64,000 nucleotides of DNA from Trueperaceae bacterium (GTDB lineage Bacteria > Deinococcota > Deinococci > Deinococcales > Trueperaceae): assembly GCA_040905465.1 (NCBI GenBank), contig JBBDRK010000069.1, positions 14,532 to 78,531 on the forward strand, read 5' to 3'. Every line of letters begins with the position of its first letter. Positions within the stretch are counted from its first letter, which is position 1. Both the position numbers and the translations under genes were made by a program. Shown piece after piece: positions 9,121 through 21,556 of the stretch. The notes under the pieces are model-generated. The model saw nothing but the letters and a program-made list of their open reading frames with translations, did no database searches and was not told the origin of the DNA.

Positions 9121-10149
9121 ATGATCCCAGCCCCCAGCGACCCAGCCCCCGACCCAGCCCCCAGCGACCCAGCCCTCAGCGACCCTGCCCCCAGCGAGCC
9201 CGCCCTAAGCAAAACAGCTCCGAACGATACGGCTCCCAGCGATACGGCTCCCTGCGACACGGTTGTCAGCGATACGGTTGTCAGCGACACGCGTCCGCGT
9301 ATCGGAATCGCGCTGGGCGGCGGAAGCGCACGTGGCTACGCACACATCGGGGTGTTGGCGACCCTGGAGCAGCACGGTCTTGCTCCCGACCTGGTTGCCG
9401 GTACCTCGTTCGGCGCGGTAATCGGTGCACTGTACGCCTCTGGGCGCAGCGTGTCCCAGATGCGCCACGACGCCTCGGTGATGCGTCGCCGGCATCTGCT
9501 TCCGCAGCTCGATTTCGGCCTGCACCGAGCGGCCCTGTTCGAGGGCCGCAGGCTCGAACGCTACCTGGAGGGCCTTACCGAGGGCAGGCATTTCGAGGAC
9601 CTGAAAACTCCGCTGATAGTGGTTACGACAGATGTTGACACGGGTGAGCGGGTACTGCTCCGGTCGGGTCCGCTGGCTCGGGCGCTGCGCGCCAGCGTCG
9701 CCATGCCGGGCGTGTTCTGGCCGGTGGAAGTGGACGGGCGGCGGCTGGTCGACGGTGGCATCGGCACACCGATTCCACTCGATACCCTGGCCGCCTTGGA
9801 CGTCGACATACGTGTGGGCATCGGCGCCGGCATGATGTCGGGAGATTCGCCTGCCATTCAACTGGCCCAGCGCCTGGTCCAGACTCCGGTGGGACGCCGG
9901 CTGCACAGGGCGCTGGCGGACAGCAGCCAGCGGAATCCGGTGGCAAGCCTGGGACGAGCCCTGGCGTTCACCGTCGACAGCTGGAACTGCCCGGAGGCTC
10001 CGCTCGATACCTTGCAGGTCCACACTCGGCCGCCGATCTCGTGGCTGAATTTCAACCGTGCCGAGGCGGCGATCCGCGCCGGGGAAGAGGCGATGGTGCG
10101 ATTCATGCCACGTCTGCGCGTGGCCCTGGCCGACTTCGAGGCCGCCTGA
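9121..10149 (+). CDS. Patatin-like phospholipase with low-complexity N-terminus
   Basis: GGGSARG, GTSFG nucleophile and DGG motifs. Confidence 0.9.
   Translation: MIPAPSDPAPDPAPSDPALSDPAPSEPALSKTAPNDTAPSDTAPCDTVVSDTVVSDTRPRIGIALGGGSARGYAHIGVLATLEQHGLAPDLVAGTSFGAVIGALYASGRSVSQMRHDASVMRRRHLLPQLDFGLHRAALFEGRRLERYLEGLTEGRHFEDLKTPLIVVTTDVDTGERVLLRSGPLARALRASVAMPGVFWPVEVDGRRLVDGGIGTPIPLDTLAALDVDIRVGIGAGMMSGDSPAIQLAQRLVQTPVGRRLHRALADSSQRNPVASLGRALAFTVDSWNCPEAPLDTLQVHTRPPISWLNFNRAEAAIRAGEEAMVRFMPRLRVALADFEAA
9127..9291 (+). repeat. Degenerate 15-bp in-frame repeats (PAPSD / TAPSD / TVVSD)
   Basis: About 11 drifting pentapeptide units. Confidence 0.85.
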
Positions 10150-10174
10150 GGGTCAGGCGGAACCGGGCCGACGC

Positions 10175-11062
10175 CTAGAGGATTCGCTTGCCCAGCAGGC
10201 TTGCGGCCATCTCCACCATTATGCGGGCGGTGCGGTTCTTCTCATCCAAAAAGGGATTGACCTCTACCAGGTCCACGCTTTCGACAACTCCGGCGTCGGC
10301 GAACAGCTCCATCAGCAGGTGCGCTTCCCGGTAACTGAGCCCGCCGGGGACGGGCGTGCCGACTCCCGGCGCGAGGTCGGGCTCGAGCGCGTCGGCATCG
10401 AACGAAAGATGGACCCGGTCCACCTGCGCCAGGTGCTCCAACGCTTCGGCCGCGATACTGGCGATGCCGCGGCAGTCGACATCCTTCATGGTGAAGGCCT
10501 TCAGGCCCAGCTCGCGCACCAGGCGCTGCTCGCCGTCGTCGAGTGCGCGCAGTCCGATGAACACCACGTCTTCCGGCCTCACGACCGCGCCCCCGCCCCA
10601 GATCTCCAGCAGGCCTGCGTGGCCCCGTCCCAGCAGGTGAGCCAGCGGCATGCCGTGGATGTTCAGGCTCGGTGAGGTCTCGGGAGTATTGAGGTCGGCG
10701 TGGGCATCCACCCAGACGACGCCGGTACGGCCACCCCTGGCCGCCGCGCCGGCGACGGTGCCCATCGACACCGAGTGATCTCCACCCAACGAGACCGGCA
10801 CGGTCGTGGCGGGCAACGCCGCGAGAGTCTCGAACGCCCTGCGGCAGGTGTCGGCGATCGTCTCCACGAACCGCAGGTCGCCGGAGCGTGCCAGCGCCTC
10901 CGGGACCGGAACCTCGACGTTACCCAGGTCCGCCACCCGGTGCCCGATATCGGCGAGTGTCGATTCCAGCTTGGCCAGTCGCAATGCGCTAGGTCCCATA
11001 TCCACTCCGCGCCGGCCGGCTCCGAGGTCCATCGGAATCCCGAGGATGGCTATGTCGGACAT
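10175..11062 (-). CDS. rocF: Arginase
   Basis: GVDMGP, GGDHSVSMG, DAHADLN, HGMP, SFDAD and VEVNP motifs. Confidence 0.93.
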   Translation of the reverse strand: MSDIAILGIPMDLGAGRRGVDMGPSALRLAKLESTLADIGHRVADLGNVEVPVPEALARSGDLRFVETIADTCRRAFETLAALPATTVPVSLGGDHSVSMGTVAGAAARGGRTGVVWVDAHADLNTPETSPSLNIHGMPLAHLLGRGHAGLLEIWGGGAVVRPEDVVFIGLRALDDGEQRLVRELGLKAFTMKDVDCRGIASIAAEALEHLAQVDRVHLSFDADALEPDLAPGVGTPVPGGLSYREAHLLMELFADAGVVESVDLVEVNPFLDEKNRTARIMVEMAASLLGKRIL

Positions 11063-11068
11063 GGCTCA

Positions 11069-11078
11069 AGGGTAGCAT
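11069..11078. promoter_or_regulatory. Overlapping divergent -10 boxes (TACCCT on minus, TAGCAT on plus)
   Basis: 6 nt before the rocF ATG and 7 nt before the crcB ATG, in a 23-bp intergenic gap. Confidence 0.6.
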
Positions 11079-11085
11079 TGCCCAC

Positions 11086-11478
11086 ATGATGATTCTCGGC
11101 ATCCTCGTCGGAGGCGCGCTCGGGGCACTGAGCCGCTATGGCGTTAGCGTAGCCCTGAATGCCTGGACCGCTAGCGGACCCTACGCCTCGTTCCCGCTCG
11201 GTACCCTGGTCGTCAACGTTGTCGGTTCGTTCCTGCTGTCGTTCCTGGCCAACGCCGGGCTGGCGACCTTGCTGCCGCCAGCGGTGCGAGTGGCGATAGG
11301 CACCGGATTCCTGGGGGCGATGACGACTTTCTCCACTTTAGAGCTGGAGACGGACACGCTGCTGCGAGGTGGCGAAGCGGGAAGAGCTGCGCTCTATTTG
11401 CTCGCCACCCTGGTGCTCGGATACCTGGCGATACTGCTGGGGCGAGTGGCGGCGGCGCAACTGGCGGTCCAGCGGTGA
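11086..11478 (+). CDS. crcB: Fluoride efflux channel Fluc/CrcB
   Basis: GGALGALSRY, FPLGTLVVNVVGSF and GFLGAMTTFST motifs. Confidence 0.93.
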   Translation: MMILGILVGGALGALSRYGVSVALNAWTASGPYASFPLGTLVVNVVGSFLLSFLANAGLATLLPPAVRVAIGTGFLGAMTTFSTLELETDTLLRGGEAGRAALYLLATLVLGYLAILLGRVAAAQLAVQR

Positions 11479-11530
11479 CGGCCACGGCGGGCCGCAACAG
11501 CTTCGGCCGCGACGGGAACTACCGCCGGCC

Positions 11531-13043
11531 CTAGACGCTGTTGCCGGGCCTGTACCAACGGCGGTCTATCGCCGCGGGCAGCCGATCGGCCTGCGGTGGA
11601 CCGAGCGTGCCCGCCTGATAGGGGAAGGGACCGCCAAAATCGTCGTCCTGGCAGCGCAGGATGGGCGCCACCACCCGCCACTGCGCCTCCACCTCGTCGG
11701 CCCGCATGAACAGCGTGGCGTCTCCGAGCATGGTGTCGAGCAGGAGCGTCTCGTAGGCGTCGGGATTGGGACGCGCGAAGCGGGATGCGTAGGTGAACTC
11801 CATGTTGGCCCGCTCCAGCTCGATTCCCTGGCCCGGGACCTTGGTGTTGAAGCGCACCGCGATGCCTTCGTCGGGCGTCAGCCGCAATGTGAGCCGGTCT
11901 GCGCGCAGCTCCTCCGGCAGCGTGAAGGGAACGTGCGGGGGCGTCTTGAAGCGCAGCACGATCTCGGTCGCCTTGCCCTCGAGCCGCTTGCCGCTGCGCA
12001 CCAGGAACGGAACGCCGCTCCAGCGCCAGTTGTGGATCTCGAACCGGGCGGCGGCATAGGTCGCCTGGCGCGACGCTGGGTCGACATCCTCCTCCTGACG
12101 GTATCCGCGCGTCCCTGGAGCCTCGACATACTGACCCAGCACCGTGTCTTCCGGGGCCGCGCAGCCCATGGCGTCGAACAGCTTGACCTTCTCGTTCCGT
12201 ACGCTGGTGGCGTCGTAGCGAGCCGGCGGCTCCATCGCCACCAGCGCCAGGAGTTGCAGCAGATGGTTCTGGAATACGTCGCGGACCACGCCCGACTCCT
12301 CGTAGAACCCGCCGCGCCCCTCGACTCCCACGCTCTCGGTCATCGTCAGCTGCACGTGGTCGATGTAGCGGTTGCTCCATACCGGCTCGAACAGGGTGTT
12401 GGCGAAGCGCAGCACGGCGAGGTTCTGGGCGGTTTCCTTGGCAAGGTAGTGGTCGATCCGGTAGATCTGCCGCTCCTCGAAGCGTTGCAACAGCAGTTCG
12501 TTCAGCCTGGTCGCACTCGCCAGATCGCGGCCGAACGGTTTCTCGATCACCAGGCGGGTCCAGCCCTCCGAACCGGAACTGAGGCCGGCGTCTGCCAACG
12601 CCTCGACCAGCACCGGATAGGTCGTGGGTGGCGTGGCGGTGTAGAACACCCGGTTCGGTTGCTCGAGCTGGTCCAGCAGCCGCGCCAGGCGCTGCATCGC
12701 CTGCCCGTCACCGTAATCGCCGCGAATGTAGTGAAGGCGAGAGGCCAGCTCCCGCCAGCAACTCTCCTCGAACGAGTCGCCGTGTTCCCGAATCGCCTCC
12801 GCCGCGTGGGCGCGCAAACCGTCGTCGTCCCAGTCGCTGCGTCCGAATCCGATGATGCTGGTGGCCTCGTGAAGGTGTCCGCCGCGGTGCAGCGCGTAAA
12901 GGGCCGGAAGCAGTTTGCGCGACGACAGATCGCCGGTCACCCCGAAAATCACGAATGCCGTTCTCGGAGCGGCCTCGTCCGGGGCCACTCCCCGACTGGC
13001 GGCCTGTGGAACGGGGCGGTCCATCACCGATGCCGGCATCCCC

Positions 13044-13051
<8 letters not shown>
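11531..13051 (-). CDS. zwf: Glucose-6-phosphate 1-dehydrogenase
   Basis: FGVTGDL, IEKPFG, RIDHYLAKE and RDVFQNH motifs. Confidence 0.96.
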
Positions 13052-15241
<2,190 letters not shown>

Positions 15242-15292
15242 GCCGTCGAAAGTGCCGGAGGGGCATTCACCGTGCCCGGTCGGGGCGCATTC

Positions 15293-16261
15293 CTAGATCG
15301 CCAGTACCTTGGCGATCTCGAACAGCTGCCAGTCGAGCTCCTTCTCATGCTCCCAGACGTCGGCCAACGGTACGAAGACCGCTCCGCGCTTGTCCACGCC
15401 CACCATCACGCCCGTCTGGCCCTGCTTGAGCCCGGTGACCGCCATATAGCCCAACCGCGATGCCAGCACCCGGTCGCGCGTGGTGGGCGAGCCGCCACGC
15501 TGAGTGTGGCCGAGGATCGAGGTCCTGACCTCGTAACCACAGACTTTCTGGATGTGCGCCTGCAAGGCGAGCGCCCCGCCGGGGTAGGCGCCTTCGGCCA
15601 CGACCACGATGCTGGAGCTCTTTCCGCGTTCCTGGGCGCTGATGACCATGGCGGCGACTTCGTCGCCGCTCAACTTGGTCTCGGGCAGCAGGATCGCTTC
15701 CGCGCCGCCTCCTACACCCACGTTCAGGGCGATATGCCCGGAGTTGCGGCCCATCACCTCCACCAGAAAGAGCCGGTCGTGCGACGCGGCGGTGTCACGC
15801 AACCTGTCGATCGCCTCGAGCGCTATGTTGAGGGCGGTGTTGAAGCCGATGGTGACGTCGGTGCCGTAGATATCGTTGTCGATCGTGCCGGGGATCCCGA
15901 CCACCGCGGTTCCGTGCTCCTGATGGAGCAGCGAGGCGCCCCGGAAGGAGCCGTCGCCGCCGATGACCACCAGGCCGTCGATCTCCAGCTGCCGCAGGTT
16001 TCGGGCCGCGCGGGCCCTGCCTGGCGGTTCCATGAACTCCTCCGAACGGGCGGTACGCAAGATCGTGCCGCCGCGCTGGATGATGTTGGCCACGGCCCGC
16101 GCCCCCACTCGCTCGATATCGCCTTCGATAAGGCCCTGAAAGCCGCGATAGACGACCGATGTGGCGATGCCCTCGTAGATTCCCGTCCGTATCACCGCAC
16201 GAATTGCGGCGTTCATTCCTGGCGCGTCACCGCCGCTGGTCAGGACCGCGATATGCTTCAC
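15293..16261 (-). CDS. pfkA: ATP-dependent 6-phosphofructokinase
   Basis: TSGGDAPGMN, GGDGS, TIDND and EVMGR motifs; GTG 8 nt after TATACT. Confidence 0.96.
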   Translation of the reverse strand: MKHIAVLTSGGDAPGMNAAIRAVIRTGIYEGIATSVVYRGFQGLIEGDIERVGARAVANIIQRGGTILRTARSEEFMEPPGRARAARNLRQLEIDGLVVIGGDGSFRGASLLHQEHGTAVVGIPGTIDNDIYGTDVTIGFNTALNIALEAIDRLRDTAASHDRLFLVEVMGRNSGHIALNVGVGGGAEAILLPETKLSGDEVAAMVISAQERGKSSSIVVVAEGAYPGGALALQAHIQKVCGYEVRTSILGHTQRGGSPTTRDRVLASRLGYMAVTGLKQGQTGVMVGVDKRGAVFVPLADVWEHEKELDWQLFEIAKVLAI

Positions 16262-16424
16262 GAGGATCGAGTATATCGCGGGGTCGGAGACGACCGGCAG
16301 CACCTTGAGCCGCCGATCGGCTCCTGCAGCCGGTCGGCGGACCGCGTCCTCCGATCGGGAACCGACGCCAGTGGGTGGCTATCGCTTGCCGGGCAGGGTG
16401 TCGATTGTGCAATCATGTGCCAGG

Positions 16425-17564
16425 ATGATTCTCTTTATCGGCACGGAACCTCCATCGGAACAACGAGTAGCTCTGACTCCCCAGGTGGCGGGCCGCCTGA
16501 CGGCGCTTGGCATAGATGTACGCGTGCCCAGCGGCGTGGGGCGGACGCTGCACCTGGATGACGAGTCCTATCGCCAGGCAGGCGCGAGCGTGGTCGCCGA
16601 ATCGGCTCCGGCGATGGCGGAGGCGGACGTGGTTGTCCGGCTCAACGGCCCGAAGCGAGCCGAGGTCGCGGCGATGAAGCCGGGTTCAGTGTTGGTTTCT
16701 TTCCTCGACCCGTTTCGCAATCCGGAGCTGGTGGCGGCGTTGGCGGACCACCGGGTAAGCAGCCTGTGCATGGAGCTCATTCCGCGTAGCACCTATGCGC
16801 AGAAGATGGACGCCCTGTCGTCCCAAGCCAGCCTGGCCGGTTATGCGGCGGTGATTCTCGCCGCCGACCGCATTGATAAAGCGATACCGATGATGAGCAC
16901 GCCGGCCGGAACGATCGCACCGGCGCGCGTGTTCGTGGTTGGCGTCGGGGTAGCCGGCCTTCAGGCCATCGCGACCGCTAAGCGGCTGGGCGCGAGAGTC
17001 GAGGCGTATGACACGCGCCCAGTCGTAGAGGAACAGGTCAAGTCGCTCGGCGCGCGGTTCGTGAAGATCGACGTCGGCGAAACCGGCCAGACGGAGCAGG
17101 GCTACGCCAAGGCGCTCTCCGAGGAGCAGTTGGAGTTGCAGCGGCAACAGATGGGCCGTTTCTGCGCCAACGCCGACATCGTAATAACCACCGCCCAAGT
17201 GTTCGGCCGCCCCGCCCCGCGAATCATCACCGCCGAAATGGTGGCCGGCATGCGGCCCGGCAGCGTGATCGTCGACCTGGCCGCTTCAACCGGCGGCAAC
17301 GTCGAGGGCACGGTCGCCGATCAGGACGTAGAGGTCGGGGGCGTGCTGATCCTCGGGCTCGCCAACATGCCCGGCCTGGTCGCCCGCGACGCCAGCCAGG
17401 TGTACTCTGCCAACGTCGCCAACCTCATCGAACACGCGTTCGACAGCGAGTCGGGCCGCCTGGCGCTCGATCCGGCCGACGACGTGATCGGTTCCTGCCT
17501 GCTTTCGCACGACGGCCAGGTCCGACACGACCAGATACGCGCCCTGGTGGAGGCCGCCGCATGA
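16425..17564 (+). CDS. pntA: NAD(P) transhydrogenase subunit alpha, part 1
   Basis: EQRVALTP, AQKMDALSSQ, GVGVAGLQA and GGNVE motifs. Confidence 0.93.
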   Translation: MILFIGTEPPSEQRVALTPQVAGRLTALGIDVRVPSGVGRTLHLDDESYRQAGASVVAESAPAMAEADVVVRLNGPKRAEVAAMKPGSVLVSFLDPFRNPELVAALADHRVSSLCMELIPRSTYAQKMDALSSQASLAGYAAVILAADRIDKAIPMMSTPAGTIAPARVFVVGVGVAGLQAIATAKRLGARVEAYDTRPVVEEQVKSLGARFVKIDVGETGQTEQGYAKALSEEQLELQRQQMGRFCANADIVITTAQVFGRPAPRIITAEMVAGMRPGSVIVDLAASTGGNVEGTVADQDVEVGGVLILGLANMPGLVARDASQVYSANVANLIEHAFDSESGRLALDPADDVIGSCLLSHDGQVRHDQIRALVEAAA

Positions 17565-17836
17565 TCTTGCTCCTGTTCATCTTCGTTCTCGCGATCTTCC
17601 TCGGACTGGAACTGATCACCAAGGTGCCGTCGCAGCTTCACACGCCCCTGATGTCCGGGGCCAACGCAATTTCGGGAATTACCATCGTCGGCGCCCTCGT
17701 CGCCGCAGGAGCCGGCGGGGTAGTCGGCACCATACTCGGCACTCTGGCTGTCGTCTTCGCCACCATCAACGTCGTCGGCGGTTACATGGTTACCGATCGG
17801 ATGCTGGCGATGTTCAAGAGCGGCAAGGGGCGCTGA
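17561..17836 (+). CDS. pntA: NAD(P) transhydrogenase subunit alpha, part 2
   Basis: LHTPLMSGANAISG and INVVGGYMVTDRML motifs. Confidence 0.93.
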   Translation: MILLLFIFVLAIFLGLELITKVPSQLHTPLMSGANAISGITIVGALVAAGAGGVVGTILGTLAVVFATINVVGGYMVTDRMLAMFKSGKGR

Positions 17837-17837
17837 G

Positions 17838-19217
17838 GTGGACGTCCTGGTTCAGCTCGCGTACATCGCCGCTTCGGTCCTGTTCATCTACGGCCTCAAG
17901 ATGCTGGGAAGGGCGCACACTGCGCGGCGCGGCAACCTCGTTTCGGCGGCCGGCATGCTCCTTGCGGTGGTGGTGACGCTGCTCCAGGGCGGGCTCGATT
18001 ACACCTGGATACTGGTCGGCCTGGTGATCGGCTCGGCCATAGGCCTGGGGGCGGCTCGGCGGGTGCAGATGACCCAGATGCCCGAGATGGTGGCGCTCTT
18101 CAACGGTTCGGGCGGCCTCGCCAGCCTGCTGGTGGGCTGGGCCGAGTATCACAACGCACCCGGGGCGATTCCACCGGTTACCGGCGTGGCGATATTCTTC
18201 GCGGTGCTGATCGGCGCTATCGCCTTCACCGGCAGCGTCGTTGCGTTCGGCAAGCTCTCGGAACGGATTCCGGGTCGTCCTATTCAGTTCCCCGGGCAGC
18301 AGATAGTGAATGCCGGGCTGGTAGCGGCGGCGCTCGTGCTGGGCGCTCTTTACCTGGTAGCGCCCGAAGCGTCCTACCCGATCTTCCTGGCGATAATCGC
18401 GATCTCGCTCGCCCTGGGTGTGCTGGCCGTCATCCCGATCGGCGGCGCCGACATGCCGATAGTGGTGTCGCTCCTCAACTCCTACTCCGGCCTGGCGGCG
18501 AGTGCCGCCGGATTCGTGATCGGCAACAACGTCCTCATCGTCGCCGGCTCGCTGGTGGGAGCCAGCGGGCTGATCCTGACGCAGATCATGTGCAAGAGCA
18601 TGAACCGCTCGCTGGCCAACGTGCTGTTCAGCGGCTTCGGCGCAGTGAGCATCTCCGAGTCGCGTGAGGTCGAGGGCGAGGTACAGCCGTTGTCGGCGGA
18701 GGACGCCTATTTCATCCTGGAAGCGGCCCGCAGCGTGCTGTTCGTGCCCGGTTACGGCATGGCGGTGGCCCAGGCGCAGCACGCGGTGCGCGAGCTGGCC
18801 GACCTGCTAGAGGCGGCCGGCGCCGAAGTGCGTTACGCCATCCACCCGGTCGCCGGGCGCATGCCGGGGCACATGAACGTACTGCTGGCCGAGGCGAACG
18901 TGCCGTATGAGCAACTGGTGGAGCCCGAGGACGTCAATCCGACGATGGCCACCGTAGACGTGGCGGTAGTCATCGGCGCAAACGACGTGGTGAATCCGGC
19001 GGCCCGCGAGGACAAGGGCTCGCCGCTCTACGGGATGCCGATCATCAACGTCGACGAGGCGCGCACCGTTTTCGTGCTCAAGCGCAGCATGAAGCCCGGA
19101 TTCTCGGGCGTGGAGAACGAGCTCTTCTACAAGCCGAACACGCGCATGCTGTTCGGCGACGCCAAGGCGACGCTGTCGACCCTGGTGACCGAGTTCAAGG
19201 ACGCGGTGGCTGCCTGA
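17838..19217 (+). CDS. pntB: NAD(P) transhydrogenase subunit beta
   Basis: IGGADMP, PGYGMAVAQAQH, HPVAGRMPGHMN and GANDVVNP motifs. Confidence 0.96.
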   Translation: MDVLVQLAYIAASVLFIYGLKMLGRAHTARRGNLVSAAGMLLAVVVTLLQGGLDYTWILVGLVIGSAIGLGAARRVQMTQMPEMVALFNGSGGLASLLVGWAEYHNAPGAIPPVTGVAIFFAVLIGAIAFTGSVVAFGKLSERIPGRPIQFPGQQIVNAGLVAAALVLGALYLVAPEASYPIFLAIIAISLALGVLAVIPIGGADMPIVVSLLNSYSGLAASAAGFVIGNNVLIVAGSLVGASGLILTQIMCKSMNRSLANVLFSGFGAVSISESREVEGEVQPLSAEDAYFILEAARSVLFVPGYGMAVAQAQHAVRELADLLEAAGAEVRYAIHPVAGRMPGHMNVLLAEANVPYEQLVEPEDVNPTMATVDVAVVIGANDVVNPAAREDKGSPLYGMPIINVDEARTVFVLKRSMKPGFSGVENELFYKPNTRMLFGDAKATLSTLVTEFKDAVAA

Positions 19218-19265
19218 GGAACCGACAGGAGCCTCTCGAGCGAGCTGCAGGAAGCGTCGAGCCGG

Positions 19266-20450
19266 CTATACCGGCAAGAGCAGGCCGGTAACGTACATGA
19301 TTGCCAGTCCGGAGGCGAATCCCCCCAAGGTCGCCGCTGAGAAACCCCGGCTATCGTTGGGCACGAACTTGCGCGCCAGGTAGGCTCCCAACTCGACCAT
19401 CACCTGGAGGATGGCGCCGGCTCCGATGCCCAGGAACAGTGCCGCCCAGTGGGGGGCGAAAGCGAACGCTCCGATCCAGGTCCCGGCCACGGCAGGCAGG
19501 CCGGCCAGCGCGGCCAGACCCACGAACGCCAGCAGCGGCGCTCGCTGCCTGGTGAGCGTCGCGGCAATTCCGATTCCCTCGGTGAGGTTGTGGAGGGTGA
19601 AGCCGATGACGAGGAAGGAGCCGAGCGCGGCTTGGCCGATGGCGAAGGCCGCGCCGATCGCCAGGCCCTCACCCAGGTTGTGCAGGCCGATGCCGAGAGC
19701 CAGGAACCAGGCGAGCGCCAGCCCGGCGGGCGCGGCGCCGTGCCGGCGGCCGACTGCCACCAGGATGAGGAACGACAGGGCGGCGGCCAGCCACACCGTC
19801 GCGCTTGCCTGGAATGCGCCGGCAGCGCCGGCTGCGAGCTCCAGCCCTTCCTCGAGGGTGTCGACAAGCAGGAAGGCGAGCAGTCCGATGGTGAGCGCCA
19901 GCAGGAAGTGAACGCCACGCCGTCCCGCGGTTCTGAGCCAGGGGTAGAAGAGCAGGCCCAGGGCAACCGGCACGACTCCGACGTAGATTCCCAGGAGGGC
20001 GTAGGCCAGGACCCTGGCGAAGGTCGGTTGCGGCGTAGCGGTCGCCACCTCGATCTCGTGTTCGAAGGTTGCGCCGGTGCTGCTGAGCACGGTGATGAAG
20101 TGAGCTTCGTCCTGCACCCAGGGATAGGGGATGTGCAGCGCGGCGGTGGCCAGCCGGCCGAGCCGCCCCGGCGGGTCCTGGCTGAACTGCCAGAAGGCGC
20201 CGTCTACCTGTACCTGGGCGATGCTCAGCGGCTCTGATCCGTCGGCTCGCACCCACAGGGTGATGCCGGAGTCGTCGAGCCTGGTGCGCTCGACGGTCAA
20301 CCGCTCGACCGGTGGTGCCGAAACGCCGAGCGGTGCCAGCGGGTCGGTAGCCAGGAACAAGCTCAGCAGGCCGGCCAGGAGCACGAGCGGAACCAGCGCC
20401 CAGAGGATATCGAGGCGTCTGGCGCCTCCGACTGCCGCGTCGCTGCTCAT
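19266..20450 (-). CDS. ZIP (ZupT/GufA)-family metal transporter with N-terminal extracytoplasmic domain
   Basis: HNLGEGLAIG and HNLTEGIGI metal-site helices; ATGA overlap with the upstream oxidase. Confidence 0.85.
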   Translation of the reverse strand: MSSDAAVGGARRLDILWALVPLVLLAGLLSLFLATDPLAPLGVSAPPVERLTVERTRLDDSGITLWVRADGSEPLSIAQVQVDGAFWQFSQDPPGRLGRLATAALHIPYPWVQDEAHFITVLSSTGATFEHEIEVATATPQPTFARVLAYALLGIYVGVVPVALGLLFYPWLRTAGRRGVHFLLALTIGLLAFLLVDTLEEGLELAAGAAGAFQASATVWLAAALSFLILVAVGRRHGAAPAGLALAWFLALGIGLHNLGEGLAIGAAFAIGQAALGSFLVIGFTLHNLTEGIGIAATLTRQRAPLLAFVGLAALAGLPAVAGTWIGAFAFAPHWAALFLGIGAGAILQVMVELGAYLARKFVPNDSRGFSAATLGGFASGLAIMYVTGLLLPV

Positions 20451-21556
20451 TCCATCACCTCGAAGAAGCTCATCCAGCCCAGTTCAGGGAATTCGGACTG
20501 ATGGGCGTGGAACATGTACGACCCTGGTTCGAAGCCGGCGAACGATATCTCCAGGATCCCGCGCTGCGCCTGACACTGCATGATCGTGTCCACCGTAGTG
20601 CTGGTCGGCTGGAGAGTGGTGCCGTGGTCGTAGTAATCGAAGAAGTTGCCGTGCAGGTGAAATGAGTTGACCGGGTCGAACTCGGTGAGGTTACTGAGGT
20701 ACACCCGGACCGGCCGATCCCGGGCCACCGGGATCGGCTTGTGGGAATATGCGTGCGCCACCGTGTTCACCGCGTACACCTCGTTCTCCTCGTCGAAGTT
20801 GGTGTCGAAGCCGTTCATCACCATCACCATCTCCTGCCAGCGACGGTTCGCGGCCGACCCCAGCAGACGGCTTTCCGCCACATCCGCCGCCTCCGGATGC
20901 TTCGCGGGATCGGGATCGATGATGAAGGAGCCGTACAGCCCCTTGTGGATGTGCCGTTTCAGCGGAATCGCGTGGCAGTGGTAGAGGTGCGTTCCGAAAG
21001 GAAACGCGTCGAACTCGTACACCGTGCTCTGGCCGGGCGCTATCATGCCGGCGCCGACGCCCGGTACGCCGTCCATGCGTGCCGAGTGGATTCCGTGGAA
21101 GTGGATCGTGTGCGGATGCGAGCCGCCGTTGACGAAGGTGACCCGGACTCGGTCGCCCTCGGTGACCCGCAACGTGGGTCCGGGAACCCTGCCGTTGTAG
21201 GTCCAGGCCGGGAAGAACAAACCGGGTGCGATCTCTATCTCCTTGTCGATCGCGGTCAGCTGGAACTCTCGGAGGGTCTGGCCGTTTTCCAGGATCGAGA
21301 TCCGGCCGGTGTCCCAGTCGGTCAGCAGGGTGTGCGGGTCGAAGCCGTTCCGTTCGTGGTCCACCTCGCCCACCGTCGTCATCGCCCCGTGGGCGTCCAT
21401 CCCATGCGCATCCGTTCCGTGCGTATTGCCGCCTGCAGCCGGTGTCTCGGCTTGGCCGGCGACGAACGGCCGTGCGATCTGGCTCAGCAGCAGGCCGGCC
21501 CCTCCCAGCAGTCCGTTTCTCAGCAGTGCGCGACGCAACGGATTGATCGGTTTCAT
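20447..21556 (-). CDS. Tat-exported two-domain multicopper oxidase
   Basis: Twin-Arg signal (LRRALL); HPHTIHFH, YHCH..RHIHKGL, SFHLHG and FHAH copper motifs; 369 aa. Confidence 0.88.
   Translation of the reverse strand: MKPINPLRRALLRNGLLGGAGLLLSQIARPFVAGQAETPAAGGNTHGTDAHGMDAHGAMTTVGEVDHERNGFDPHTLLTDWDTGRISILENGQTLREFQLTAIDKEIEIAPGLFFPAWTYNGRVPGPTLRVTEGDRVRVTFVNGGSHPHTIHFHGIHSARMDGVPGVGAGMIAPGQSTVYEFDAFPFGTHLYHCHAIPLKRHIHKGLYGSFIIDPDPAKHPEAADVAESRLLGSAANRRWQEMVMVMNGFDTNFDEENEVYAVNTVAHAYSHKPIPVARDRPVRVYLSNLTEFDPVNSFHLHGNFFDYYDHGTTLQPTSTTVDTIMQCQAQRGILEISFAGFEPGSYMFHAHQSEFPELGWMSFFEVME

Noticed and set aside
16405-16422. Possible Rex operator before pntA (TTGTGCA-ATCA-TGTGCCA)
   Set aside because: Only the left half resembles TTGTGAA-N4-TTCACAA; the right half is not palindromic.
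20447-21556. Calling the oxidase copper nitrite reductase (nirK)
   Set aside because: HxH pairs in both domains (HFH, HCH, HLH, HAH) fit a trinuclear-site 2dMCO, and the context is metal transport rather than denitrification; not excluded without assay.
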